From the NCBI GenBank assembly GCA_045644925.1, contig JAZRHV010000024.1:10472-74471 (forward strand): a stretch of DNA of 64,000 nucleotides. The letters run 5' to 3'. This document shows, in pieces, positions 27,262-36,318 of the stretch. Each line of letters begins with the position of its first letter. Within the stretch, counting starts at the first letter, position 1. The position numbers were made by a program, and so were the translations under genes. The notes beneath the pieces were generated by a model, which was given only the letters and a program-made list of their open reading frames with translations, made no database searches and was not told the origin of the DNA. This stretch comes from Alistipes sp. Its GTDB lineage: Bacteria; Bacteroidota; Bacteroidia; Bacteroidales; Rikenellaceae.

Positions 27262-29253
27262 ATGATGAAAAAACTTTTCTTTTTGATGAGCGCAATGATG
27301 GTTGTCTTTGCCTCGTCGTGTGAGAGCGGATTTGATGGAAAAGAGTCTGCTGGAAAGGCATTGGTTTCGTGCAATGTAGAGATGCCGAAAATCGCAAGCC
27401 GTGCATATAGCGACGGTATGTCTGCAAATGTATTGCAGTATGCTGTTTATGACGCTGCGGGCAACGAGCTGACCGACTTGACCGTAACCGATGGCGAAAT
27501 CTATGGCTCGACTGCTGTTAATTTCGAGCTCGTTGTAGGTCAGACCTACTCGGTAATCTTCTGGGCTGCTGCCGAGGGTGCTCCCTATGCAGTAAACTTC
27601 GCGGACAAGAGTATGACCGTAGATTACACCAATGTAAAGTGTAATGCAGAGGGTTATGATGCCTTCTACAAGTGCGTCGAGTTCGTCGTTACAGGCTCAA
27701 TGTCGATGGATGTAGAGTTGCGTCGTCCTTTTGCTCAGCTCAACATCGGTACGAGCGACTACGTTGCAGCGGCAAAGGCTGGCTACGTTCCTACAAAGTC
27801 GTGGGTAAAGGTTCCGGTCTACACAACTCTTAACTTGCAGGATGGCTCGGTTTCGGGTCAGAGTGCTCAGGAGTTTGGCTTTGCCGAGATTAACAAGGGC
27901 GAGACTTTCCCCGTTGCCGGCTATGACTACCTCGCAATGAACTATTTGTTGGTTTCGGCTGATAAGGAGGTTGTCGAGGTTGAGTTTGCATATACAGCGA
28001 CCGATGAGAGCGCTGCCGTATCGCGTGTCGTAGGCTCGGTGCCTGTGCAGCGTAACCACCGTACCAATATCTATGGTAAACTCTTTACCACGACTGTTGA
28101 TGTGCAAGTCGTAATCGTGCCGGATTATGACGACGAGGATCTCAATAAGGAGGTTGTTGATGCCGTAGAGATTGCTCCCGGCGTATTGTACAATGAGGCT
28201 AGTGCAACATATATGCTCACTAATAAGCAGGGTATTGAGTGGTTGAGAGATGAGGTAAACAACGGCAATACATTTGAGGGTAAAATCGTAACATTGACCG
28301 ACGATATCGATGTAGGTATTGAATACGACGATAATGGCGAGCGCATCTCTTTCGCTACTATCGGAACTTGTAGCAAGAGCGTGAAGAAGCCTTTTAAGGG
28401 TACTTTTGACGGTGATGGTCACTCTATTAAGAATATCTATCAGAATGGTTGGGATTTCGGCTATGAGTATGGCTCTTGGGGATCTGTCGGTTTGTTTGGT
28501 AAACTCGAAGATGCAACCGTTAAGAATGTAACCCTCGAAGGCTTCGAATTGCGTATTGAGGGTGGTAATGTCGGCGGTATCACCGGTAATGCCGCAGGTC
28601 ACTGCGTATTCGAGAATATTACCGTGAAGAACTCGACATTCTGCTCTTACAACAATGGCGTTGCAGGTATTCTCGGTTGGCCCGAGGCTGGTAACTACCT
28701 CTTCAAGAATATCAAGATTGAGAGCGATGTAACTATCGCTGCATTCTGGGGCACCTATGACGCATCTCTTGCGGGTGTTATGGCAGAGGCATACACCGAT
28801 GGTACCTATCATTTCGAGGATATCGAGATTAGCTGCCGACTCGACGCTTTCAACGATGTTATCTCGAACTACAAGTGGTACAACTATCGCCTTAGCGGTA
28901 TGCTCGTAGGTAATGTTGAGACTACAACTACTACCGCAGAGGGTCGCATAATTCCAGACCCCGCATGTTGCAACATCACTTGCAAGAATGTGGTTGTGAA
29001 CTATGGCGACTGGATGAACTATCACTACTGCGTGCCTAACAGCAACAACCAGGGCAACTATCGTGTAGAGCCGGGCTATTCGTATGGCGGTATTCCGGCA
29101 GACCACGATCACACAACTTGCCAGAATGGCGAATGCTGCAATCAACTTCTTCCATTCGACCAGCTCTTTGGTGGTGGTAAGGGTGTTGTGGGTCTTGCAA
29201 CATACGATGGCGTAACTGTAAACTACCCCGCGTCGTACACTCAGGGTAACTAA
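27262..29253 (+). CDS. type V fimbrial-like lipoprotein (DUF6562-like N-terminus, large GLUG-like C-terminal domain)
   Basis: Lipobox FASSC, LRRPFAQLNIGT, VPVQRNHRTNIYGKL, then FKGTFDGDGH.I.N, GLFG.L..ATV.N and VGGITG repeats. Confidence 0.65.
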   Translation: MMKKLFFLMSAMMVVFASSCESGFDGKESAGKALVSCNVEMPKIASRAYSDGMSANVLQYAVYDAAGNELTDLTVTDGEIYGSTAVNFELVVGQTYSVIFWAAAEGAPYAVNFADKSMTVDYTNVKCNAEGYDAFYKCVEFVVTGSMSMDVELRRPFAQLNIGTSDYVAAAKAGYVPTKSWVKVPVYTTLNLQDGSVSGQSAQEFGFAEINKGETFPVAGYDYLAMNYLLVSADKEVVEVEFAYTATDESAAVSRVVGSVPVQRNHRTNIYGKLFTTTVDVQVVIVPDYDDEDLNKEVVDAVEIAPGVLYNEASATYMLTNKQGIEWLRDEVNNGNTFEGKIVTLTDDIDVGIEYDDNGERISFATIGTCSKSVKKPFKGTFDGDGHSIKNIYQNGWDFGYEYGSWGSVGLFGKLEDATVKNVTLEGFELRIEGGNVGGITGNAAGHCVFENITVKNSTFCSYNNGVAGILGWPEAGNYLFKNIKIESDVTIAAFWGTYDASLAGVMAEAYTDGTYHFEDIEISCRLDAFNDVISNYKWYNYRLSGMLVGNVETTTTTAEGRIIPDPACCNITCKNVVVNYGDWMNYHYCVPNSNNQGNYRVEPGYSYGGIPADHDHTTCQNGECCNQLLPFDQLFGGGKGVVGLATYDGVTVNYPASYTQGN

Positions 29254-29290
29254 TCAGGATATAGACCGAAGCTCTTCGGTCAACGCGCTA

Positions 29291-29327
29291 CGGGGTGCAG
29301 ATTTCGGTCTGCACCCCGATTTTTTTT
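29291..29327 (+). terminator. intrinsic terminator
   Basis: CGGGGTGCAGA-TTTCGG-TCTGCACCCCG plus T tract. Confidence 0.85.
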
Positions 29328-29432
29328 GATAGAGTGGGGTGCCGAGGTGTGAAAAATCGGTTTGAATAAAAAAAATATTGCGGAATTGTGGTATAATCAA
29401 AAAAAGTTGTATATTTGCACCACGAAAAAGTT

Positions 29433-29507
29433 CGGGGTGTAGCGCAGTCCGGTTAGCGCGCCAGCTTCGGGAGTTGGAGGTCGCTGGTTCGAATCCAGTC
29501 TCCCCGA
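29433..29507 (+). tRNA. tRNA-Pro(CGG)
   Basis: CGGGGTGTAGCGCAGTCCGGTTAGCGCG CCAGC-TTCGGGA-GTTGG ...GGTTCGAATCCAGTCTCCCCGA. Confidence 0.93.
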
Positions 29508-29736
29508 CAAATCAGAGAGCAGCAGAGTTTAGAACTCTGCTGTTTTTGTTTTGCTTGTGCCGTTCTGCAAGCAGTCCGCACCCGCCAAACAAAAACACCG
29601 CCCTGCGGTCTGCTCTCTGCTTTTGGGTGAGGTTGGTATTCTTGGATTTCTGGTTGAGCGAACAGGGTGTTTGTCGATTGCTCGGTCTGCGACCTGCGCT
29701 TATAATTTCAGCGGTTGTTCGCTCTTCGGCTTTGCC

Positions 29737-29966
29737 GTTCGAATCCAGTCTCCCCGACAAAGTTAGATGCAAAACTTCCAGATGTAATCTGGGAGTTTTG
29801 TTGTTATTTTGGAGGCTTATGCTTGCATAAAGACGAGAAGATAACAACAAAATTTTGCTTGCAAATAAGTTCTGCATTTAACTTTGTAATCTTGCAAAGG
29901 GGCATATCTGGAAAGGCGTAGCGTAGTAGGCGCAGCCTACGGAGTAGCCAATTCGTCTCCCCGACA
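29737..29966 (+). repeat. downstream copies of the tRNA-Pro(CGG) 3' end (att-like)
   Basis: 25-bp GTTCGAATCCAGTCTCCCCGACAAA at 29737-29761 is identical to 29487-29511; 12-bp GTCTCCCCGACA at 29955-29966. Confidence 0.85.
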
Positions 29967-30163
29967 CCCCCCCCCAAAAAAAACATTGGGGAGCTTGAAC
30001 TGCGCAGCAGTCGCACGGATACTAAATAAAAAAAGAAGACAACCTTTCGATTGTCTTCTTCAGTACCCCCTCAGGGGCTGTCCAATGACGAAAATCGTGC
30101 GCGTACAGCGCGTATTTCAACGATGTAGGTTCAACACTTTTGTCGCATTTTGTCGCAATGGGT

Positions 30164-32140
30164 TTATAGCGATATAGAATCTAAAATCTGAGAACTTTCT
30201 AAACGCATGGCTAGTGAACGCTGTACTCTACCTGAAATTTGTTTAATCACCTCTGAATTTGGAATGTAAACCATAATATTAGCAAGGTCTTTATCTGATA
30301 AACTTGGGATTGCAGCACCAGTTCTATACATCATTACTTGCTGTAAAAACAAATTACTTCGCAAATAGAAGAGGAGGTAGTATTTGTCAATTTTAGGATT
30401 ACGCAATACTCTCAATCCATTGGTACAGATGCAATCTTCATGTCGTTTTGTTACAATTGCAGATGCGTGTTTCTCTGTGCCGATAGAATTACCTGCGACG
30501 GCTGTAATAATGTCAGACTCCTGTAATTCATAAGAGGCTCTACTTGGTAATTCGTGAACTTTATAATTTGTAGAATTAATAATTTCTAATGAGTGAGCAT
30601 TAATATCTGAAAGCTCTACATATTCCACATCAAGTTCTTTATTCTTTAATTTGGGGCTCTTGGTTTTTACAATATCAACAACATCACCAAGCTTAACTGA
30701 TGATGCAGATATTTTGTTTAATATGTCATGATTAGCAGGAGAATAAAAATCGTAATCCAAACGACTAGTCAATTCGTTGTAATCCACAACATATGATAAG
30801 CTATCAAAAGAGCGACATCCGTTCAATTTATATTGTTTATAATCAGCTAATACATTCGTGAAATCCTCATCAATGATTGGCGTCCCATTTTTCAGTACGA
30901 TATTACCCAACTTATCCTTTCGGTAAATTGGTGTTCCATTTTTGTTTCCTTGATAACCTAACTTCGTTATTTTGCCAAAGAATAGTGGATACTCTAAATC
31001 ATAATTTAATGTTTGTTTTTCCAAGAACAATAACGAAGTCTTTACACCCGTACCATATGGAATAAATGTTTCTTGAGGCAAATTTACTACTCCTAATATT
31101 TTAGCCTTCTGCTTTATATAGTACCTCAAATAATCCAACGACGGATTCTCAAAATGTCCATTAGGTAAAACAATACCCATTCGACCGCCTTCTTTTAACA
31201 ATTGCAAACATCGTTCGATAAACAATATCTCAGCAGGCTGGCCATTACTAAGCGTCTTTGTTTTGACACATATATTCCCATCTGATTTCCATTTATATCC
31301 CATATCATACTTGTGTAGAATATATGGATCTGTAATCTTCCCTGATGTTCCAAATGGAGGATTAGTTAATAAAATATCAAACCCCTCAAATTTTGAATTA
31401 CTTTGTGCATTAATCTGTAATTGCAATGTGTCAATATCATCAAGAGAATTGCTACATATAATATTATTAGGGGTATTAGCTTCTAGCAACAACTTCATTT
31501 TTGCAATTTTAGCTATATCCTTATTAATATCAATACCACACAAACTGCTGGCTATAAACGAATTACTATCAAAGTTCTGGTTGTGAGTTTGCAAATATTT
31601 AAGTGTTGAATACAAAAAACCGCCACTACCGCAACATGGATCTATAATAGTTTCATGAGGCTGTGGATCTATCATCTTTACACAAAAATTTATAACAGGC
31701 TGTGGTGTGAAAAATTGTCCCCTGCCTTCTTTTTCGTGATGTGATAGGAATTTTTGGAAAGCCAATCCACTTGCATCGTTTGAGTCATTGACAAGGTTTA
31801 CATGTTGCAGTTTATTAACAATAAACGACAATGTCTTGCTAGACATATTTAACGAATCTGACTCCTCAAATATGTCTTGGTATTCTTGTTTTGCAAATTG
31901 GAAAAGTGTAATAATTCTCCTTGAAACATCCTCTGAATGATGAGTCAGTTCTGCTGCTGTAATATAGAATTGTTGTGTACTCTGATTCTCATCAAAGATT
32001 TTAATGAACAGAATTTTTATAAATTCGTTCAATGTTTGATGAGAAGAGAGCCCTTCATTAGCGTATATATAATCATGGATTTCCTCAAATCGCCGTAAAA
32101 GGCTCTCTCCTACTCTTAAATGTGTATTATTACTTTTCAT
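30164..32140 (-). CDS. N6-adenine DNA methyltransferase, HsdM-like, fused to one HsdS-like specificity domain
   Basis: GQFFTP, DPCCGSGGF (motif I), NPPF (motif IV); C-terminal VKLGDVV..ELSDI..LPSRA..TGAAIPSL TRD-like region. Confidence 0.85.
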   Translation of the reverse strand: MKSNNTHLRVGESLLRRFEEIHDYIYANEGLSSHQTLNEFIKILFIKIFDENQSTQQFYITAAELTHHSEDVSRRIITLFQFAKQEYQDIFEESDSLNMSSKTLSFIVNKLQHVNLVNDSNDASGLAFQKFLSHHEKEGRGQFFTPQPVINFCVKMIDPQPHETIIDPCCGSGGFLYSTLKYLQTHNQNFDSNSFIASSLCGIDINKDIAKIAKMKLLLEANTPNNIICSNSLDDIDTLQLQINAQSNSKFEGFDILLTNPPFGTSGKITDPYILHKYDMGYKWKSDGNICVKTKTLSNGQPAEILFIERCLQLLKEGGRMGIVLPNGHFENPSLDYLRYYIKQKAKILGVVNLPQETFIPYGTGVKTSLLFLEKQTLNYDLEYPLFFGKITKLGYQGNKNGTPIYRKDKLGNIVLKNGTPIIDEDFTNVLADYKQYKLNGCRSFDSLSYVVDYNELTSRLDYDFYSPANHDILNKISASSVKLGDVVDIVKTKSPKLKNKELDVEYVELSDINAHSLEIINSTNYKVHELPSRASYELQESDIITAVAGNSIGTEKHASAIVTKRHEDCICTNGLRVLRNPKIDKYYLLFYLRSNLFLQQVMMYRTGAAIPSLSDKDLANIMVYIPNSEVIKQISGRVQRSLAMRLESSQILDSISL

Positions 32141-32196
32141 GGTAATATTGTTTCATTTCCGAGTCAAAGATAATACACATTTGTGTAATATGCAAA

Positions 32197-33138
32197 TCAT
32201 CTTCTGTCTAATTGCGACTTATCAAGTTTTCTTGCCTTAGGTTTAGTCTCTTTAATACACATATCAAGATCTATATACCAAGGTTTTAGCAGGGGATGAA
32301 GTTTAAATTCTTCTTTCTCCACCAAAATATCGATAGTGTAATTTTGTTGCAAATGGTTGGGAGCCTTAGCTTGATGGTTTAGATCTTGACTATTTACAAA
32401 TACAAATTCATGTTTCCCTGTGCGCAAAAATAGATCAAGGCAAAGAATATTGAATTCTGACACCAATGGTCCCGTACTCTTTATATTTAATTCATCTGTT
32501 CGAGTAGATGGCATGTGTGTTTGGATAAGACGGATTGGAGCTTTAAGATCCCAATATGCATCTTCTGTGTATTTATCATCTGCAAAGGTATCAAGCCATA
32601 TTTCTATTTCTTTCTTACTTTTCCACAAGTGAGATAGATCTGGGATACCTGCACCTGGGTTAGAGCTGCTCCACTTAAACTTTGGGAATTTATCTTTATC
32701 CCCTTTAAAAGTATTTTTAGCCTTTTCATAGGCATTTTGCCCCTTTTTGAAAATTTCCTTCAAGTGCTTTGTCCTATCAAAAGAATGCTTGGCAAGGAAT
32801 TTAGCCAATTTCTTTTTATCAGTAAACCCCAATCTTTTCTCAGAATTAGATTTAACACTTTTACACTCTACCACATACCATTCATCATTTGGATTACCTT
32901 TCTTACGAATATAAAAATCTCCGCGAGCATCATCTGTTTTAGCATTGTAACCTCCCTCGGGTTTTTCTTTAATTCGTAATACTTCATATCCGTTTTCTTC
33001 TGCATATCGCTTGAACAAGTTCTCTCCAATAGCGCCAAAAATATAACCTTCTGCTCCTGCACTAGTTTCAAGGACATCATACAGCATGTCTTCATCCACT
33101 CCAAATTTTCTTTTGGCTAAATCACTAAACTTTTCCAT
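32197..33138 (-). CDS. putative PD-(D/E)xK restriction endonuclease
   Basis: GAIGENLF helix, RGDFY, VVECKS; directly upstream of the MTase inside the islet. Confidence 0.6.
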   Translation of the reverse strand: MEKFSDLAKRKFGVDEDMLYDVLETSAGAEGYIFGAIGENLFKRYAEENGYEVLRIKEKPEGGYNAKTDDARGDFYIRKKGNPNDEWYVVECKSVKSNSEKRLGFTDKKKLAKFLAKHSFDRTKHLKEIFKKGQNAYEKAKNTFKGDKDKFPKFKWSSSNPGAGIPDLSHLWKSKKEIEIWLDTFADDKYTEDAYWDLKAPIRLIQTHMPSTRTDELNIKSTGPLVSEFNILCLDLFLRTGKHEFVFVNSQDLNHQAKAPNHLQQNYTIDILVEKEEFKLHPLLKPWYIDLDMCIKETKPKARKLDKSQLDRR

Positions 33139-33395
33139 ATCTCTTATATTATTATAAATTAATTAGACTTTGCGTAAAGATAGTGATTATTTCGTTACAG
33201 AGATACTGCAATGTAGAAGGAGTTTTAACAAAATAAGAAATGAACCTATTGGGACAAATTGTTAAATAGGTTCAGCATAGGTTCAACAAATGTTGCGGAG
33301 AGGTTTAATTTTGCCTAATTCCGCCACGGAACACCGCCAAACCAAGCGTATTTATACGAAAAAAGGACGAAAATCGTTGTGATTTCCGTCCTTCG

Positions 33396-33468
33396 TACCC
33401 CCTCAGGGGCTCGAACCCTGGACCCCAACATTAAGAGTGTCGTGCTCTACCAACTGAGCTAAAGAGGC
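33396..33468 (-). tRNA. tRNA-Lys(CUU)
   Basis: GCCTCTTTAGCTCAGTTGGTAGAGCACGACA-CTCTTAA-TGTTG...GGTTCGAGCCCCTGAGGGGGTA. Confidence 0.95.
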
Positions 33469-33562
33469 ATTTGCATCGGGAATTACTTCCTTTTTGCGAG
33501 TGCAAAGATAATGTCTATTTTTTATTCCTGCAAACTTTTTTGCGAAAAAATAGCAAAAAATG

Positions 33563-34882
33563 TTATTTTTTAATTGTCGGCATTGTGCTACCGTCAATCT
33601 GGTCGTTGTTCCATTCGCCACCTGCGCCCAAGAATATTATCGGGCGTATGGGTTCCAAACCTTTGAGCATCAGATAACTCTCGTAGAGATTGATGCCGTT
33701 TGTCGTACCTCCGCCAAGCGAAAATGCGACTACCGAGGGGTGCGACTTGGCCGAGTGGTACATTTCGCCTGCGCGAGCCAAATAAAACTCTTTCCACATA
33801 GGATTGTTACTCGGATTACCATTGCGCTTGATATTTCCGGCTCCGTGCGAGGTATCAACAGCCATCTGGGGGACAACATAAATGCCCACCGAGTCACAAC
33901 GAGCATATAGCGCATCAGCTGCTATACCGGCCTGTACCATAAGAGCGTTGTAGCCTTGGAGTTTGAGGGCTGCAATCTCGATTGCGGTAATATCATTGCT
34001 TGCCATAGCTACACGCAGAGCCGCAGACTTGCCATTTACCGACAATTTCTTGTCATTGTATTTCACCTCGCGCAGACCGATGGGTACTGCGATATTCTCG
34101 GCATATCGCCCCTCGACCTGATTACGCACAACAAGACGCATAAGATTGGGGTTGTGGATGCTCCACAGCCACTTTGCAGGCACAACAGCTGCGAATGATA
34201 CGGTATCCTCACCACGCATTTCGAGCTCGATATCCTTGTATCCGTACGCGATGCGAGTGGTGTCGGGCGCGAGCAACTCATAGTGTATGCGCGAACTTTT
34301 GGGATTAAGCGCATCGGTTTTGACTACGATGTTGAACTCGGTAATCGCATCGCCACTGTCGTTCAGACGTGTTGTGTTGTCTATATCGCGTACACGGATT
34401 GTGGGCTGCGAGAGGATTGTAACCTTGCCGAGTGCGGGTGCGGCAGAGACGAGAAGTGCTGCTGTCGGATTGTTGCTCGGTATGGTTATCTGCAACTCGT
34501 TGATGCCTTGTTGTGACTTTTTAGTCACGTTGAACTCCGCAGGGTTTGTGCCATTGGTTGTTGAGCCGACCTCCGAACCGTTTACAGCCACGATATAGCC
34601 ACTCGATGCCGATTCCACGCGCAGGAGCAGCTGGCGGTTGAGCCAAGCGGCAGGGTAGACGTACGTGGTTGTGAAGATGACGTTGCCGTCGCTCTCGGCA
34701 CGTTTCCACTCGGTCAGCGGAGTGATGTAGCGCGAGGGCGAGTCGCTCGATAGCAGAGCTTCGTCCACTGTGGCGTAGGGCTTGATTGCACGACGCGGTA
34801 ATTCGCAATTCTGGCTCGTGGAAGTTTGAGCATACAGAGTTGATGCGAACAAAATGGCTATTACGGATAGTATGGTTTTCAT
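33563..34882 (-). CDS. secreted GH2-like (beta-galactosidase-like) protein, truncated and apparently lacking the acid/base Glu
   Basis: Signal peptide from ATG 34882; LLLRVESA.S.Y.V.VNG, NPAEFNVT, QPTIRVRD, WS..NPNL, GLREV. HPSVVAFSLGGG replaces HPSxxxWSLGNE. Confidence 0.7.
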   Translation of the reverse strand: MKTILSVIAILFASTLYAQTSTSQNCELPRRAIKPYATVDEALLSSDSPSRYITPLTEWKRAESDGNVIFTTTYVYPAAWLNRQLLLRVESASSGYIVAVNGSEVGSTTNGTNPAEFNVTKKSQQGINELQITIPSNNPTAALLVSAAPALGKVTILSQPTIRVRDIDNTTRLNDSGDAITEFNIVVKTDALNPKSSRIHYELLAPDTTRIAYGYKDIELEMRGEDTVSFAAVVPAKWLWSIHNPNLMRLVVRNQVEGRYAENIAVPIGLREVKYNDKKLSVNGKSAALRVAMASNDITAIEIAALKLQGYNALMVQAGIAADALYARCDSVGIYVVPQMAVDTSHGAGNIKRNGNPSNNPMWKEFYLARAGEMYHSAKSHPSVVAFSLGGGTTNGINLYESYLMLKGLEPIRPIIFLGAGGEWNNDQIDGSTMPTIKK

Positions 34883-34901
34883 AATTTTTCTATCTTTGTG
34901 C

Positions 34902-35079
34902 CAAAGATACGAATAAGCGAGCAAGAAATATCAAGTTTGCTTGAATATTTTTTACAGCGAGCGAAAGTATTTTCGAGCGCAAGCTCAAAGATACGAATAA
35001 GCGAGCAAGAAATATCAAGTTTGCTTGAATATTTTTTACAGCGAGCGAAAGTATTTAGGAGATTTATCTCAAAGATACA
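34902..35079. repeat. 84-bp tandem repeat (2 full units plus a partial third)
   Basis: CAAAGATAC recurs at 34902, 34986 and 35070; a ~70-bp core is identical in copies 1 and 2. Confidence 0.9.
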
Positions 35080-35095
35080 AATTTTTCGTTAAACA

Positions 35096-35542
35096 ATGGC
35101 CGAATATCCAAAACTCAATTTTCCTGCCGTAGTTTTACCGCAATATGAGCGTGATGGCAAAACCTACGTTCCCGACCGTGTACGTGGCGGATATTTGGTG
35201 CTTACTCCCGAAGAGTGGGTGCGCAGGCACGTTATCGAGTATTTGGTAAATTGGTGTAGTGTCGAACTGCAACGCATCGTTACGGAGTATCCTGTTGCGC
35301 TAAACGGACAGCCGCAACGTGCAGATATCGTAGTTGTCGATAGCGAAGGAGGTCCGCAGATGCTTGTCGAGTGTAAGGCAGCGGATGTGAAAATCACGCA
35401 AGATGTATTAGACCAGGCTGTAAGATACAACTCGGTGGTCGGTGCACGTTATCTAATGCTGACAAACGGATTAAAAACATTTTGTTTCGAGGCGTGTGGA
35501 GGCGGAAAATATCAGAAATTAGATAGTATTCCTAAATTATAA
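35096..35542 (+). CDS. stand-alone HsdR N-terminal (HSDR_N_2) domain protein
   Basis: LTPEEWVR, RADIVV, LVECKA, Q.VRYN, LTNG. Confidence 0.8.
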   Translation: MAEYPKLNFPAVVLPQYERDGKTYVPDRVRGGYLVLTPEEWVRRHVIEYLVNWCSVELQRIVTEYPVALNGQPQRADIVVVDSEGGPQMLVECKAADVKITQDVLDQAVRYNSVVGARYLMLTNGLKTFCFEACGGGKYQKLDSIPKL

Positions 35543-35567
35543 AAGGAGCGAAATTCGCTCCTTTTGT

Positions 35568-36317
35568 CTATAACGACGGATAATTCTCGCGGATATAGTT
35601 CTGGAATGTCTCCTTGTAGTTCTCTCCAATGGGGACATATTCGTTGTTGCTCAGGAATATGCGACCGCGAGCGTAGCCTGTGATACATTTCAGATTGACG
35701 ATATACGAGCGATGTACGCGCATAAACATATCCGAAGGCAGGGTAGTTTCGATATTCTTGATGCGGAACAGGGTTGTAATTCGAGTGCCGTCGGCAAGGT
35801 GCAGACGGACATACTCGCCCGCACTCTCGATATAGATAATCTCGCGAACCTTGATAAGCGAAACCTTATGGTCTGCACGTATCGAGATGTGCTCGTCATC
35901 GCTCTCCGAAGGCTCGGCTTCGCTGTTGCCCGTAGAGGCTCCGCTGTGGCCCTTGATTAGCTCGTGGAGTGATTGTGCCTTGTTGGCCGAACGCTCGAAA
36001 TCCGCAAAACTGAAAGGTTTGAGCAGATAGTCCAACGCATCGAGCTTAAAGCCCTCTACTGCATACTCCGAGTAGGCTGTCGTGAAGATAATCAGCGGTC
36101 GTTGGCCCGTGAGCGAGCGCACGAACTCGGTGCCCGTAAGGTCGGGCATATTGATATCGACAAATATCAAATCGACGCTCTCACTCTCCAAAAAATGCTG
36201 TGCATCGACGGCATTACTGAACTCTGCCACGTGTTCGAGGAATGGGACCTTCGAGATATAGGCTCTAATCTGGGCCAGAGCCAACGGCTCATCATCAATC
36301 GTAATAGACCTAATCAT
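35568..36317 (-). CDS. LytTR family response regulator
   Basis: IDDEPLA, FVDINMP, FTTAY, YLLKP; FMRVHRSYIVN LytTR domain. Confidence 0.92.
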   Translation of the reverse strand: MIRSITIDDEPLALAQIRAYISKVPFLEHVAEFSNAVDAQHFLESESVDLIFVDINMPDLTGTEFVRSLTGQRPLIIFTTAYSEYAVEGFKLDALDYLLKPFSFADFERSANKAQSLHELIKGHSGASTGNSEAEPSESDDEHISIRADHKVSLIKVREIIYIESAGEYVRLHLADGTRITTLFRIKNIETTLPSDMFMRVHRSYIVNLKCITGYARGRIFLSNNEYVPIGENYKETFQNYIRENYPSL

Positions 36318-36318
36318 T

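Larger units (their letters stand above)
30063..33411. mobile_element. AT-rich integrative islet at the 3' end of tRNA-Lys(CUU), no integrase
   Basis: 17-bp direct repeat GTACCCCCTCAGGGGCT at 30063-30079 and 33395-33411 (the latter is the tRNA 3' end). Interior is visibly AT-rich. Confidence 0.85.

Noticed and set aside
34902-35079. 84-bp repeat as a CRISPR array
   Set aside because: The constant part (~70 bp) is far longer than the variable part (~14 bp), there are only 2.1 units, and no cas genes are present.
35096-35542. HsdR-N gene as part of the R-M islet
   Set aside because: It lies outside the att repeats, has host-like composition and no helicase domain. Stand-alone versions are common in Bacteroidetes.
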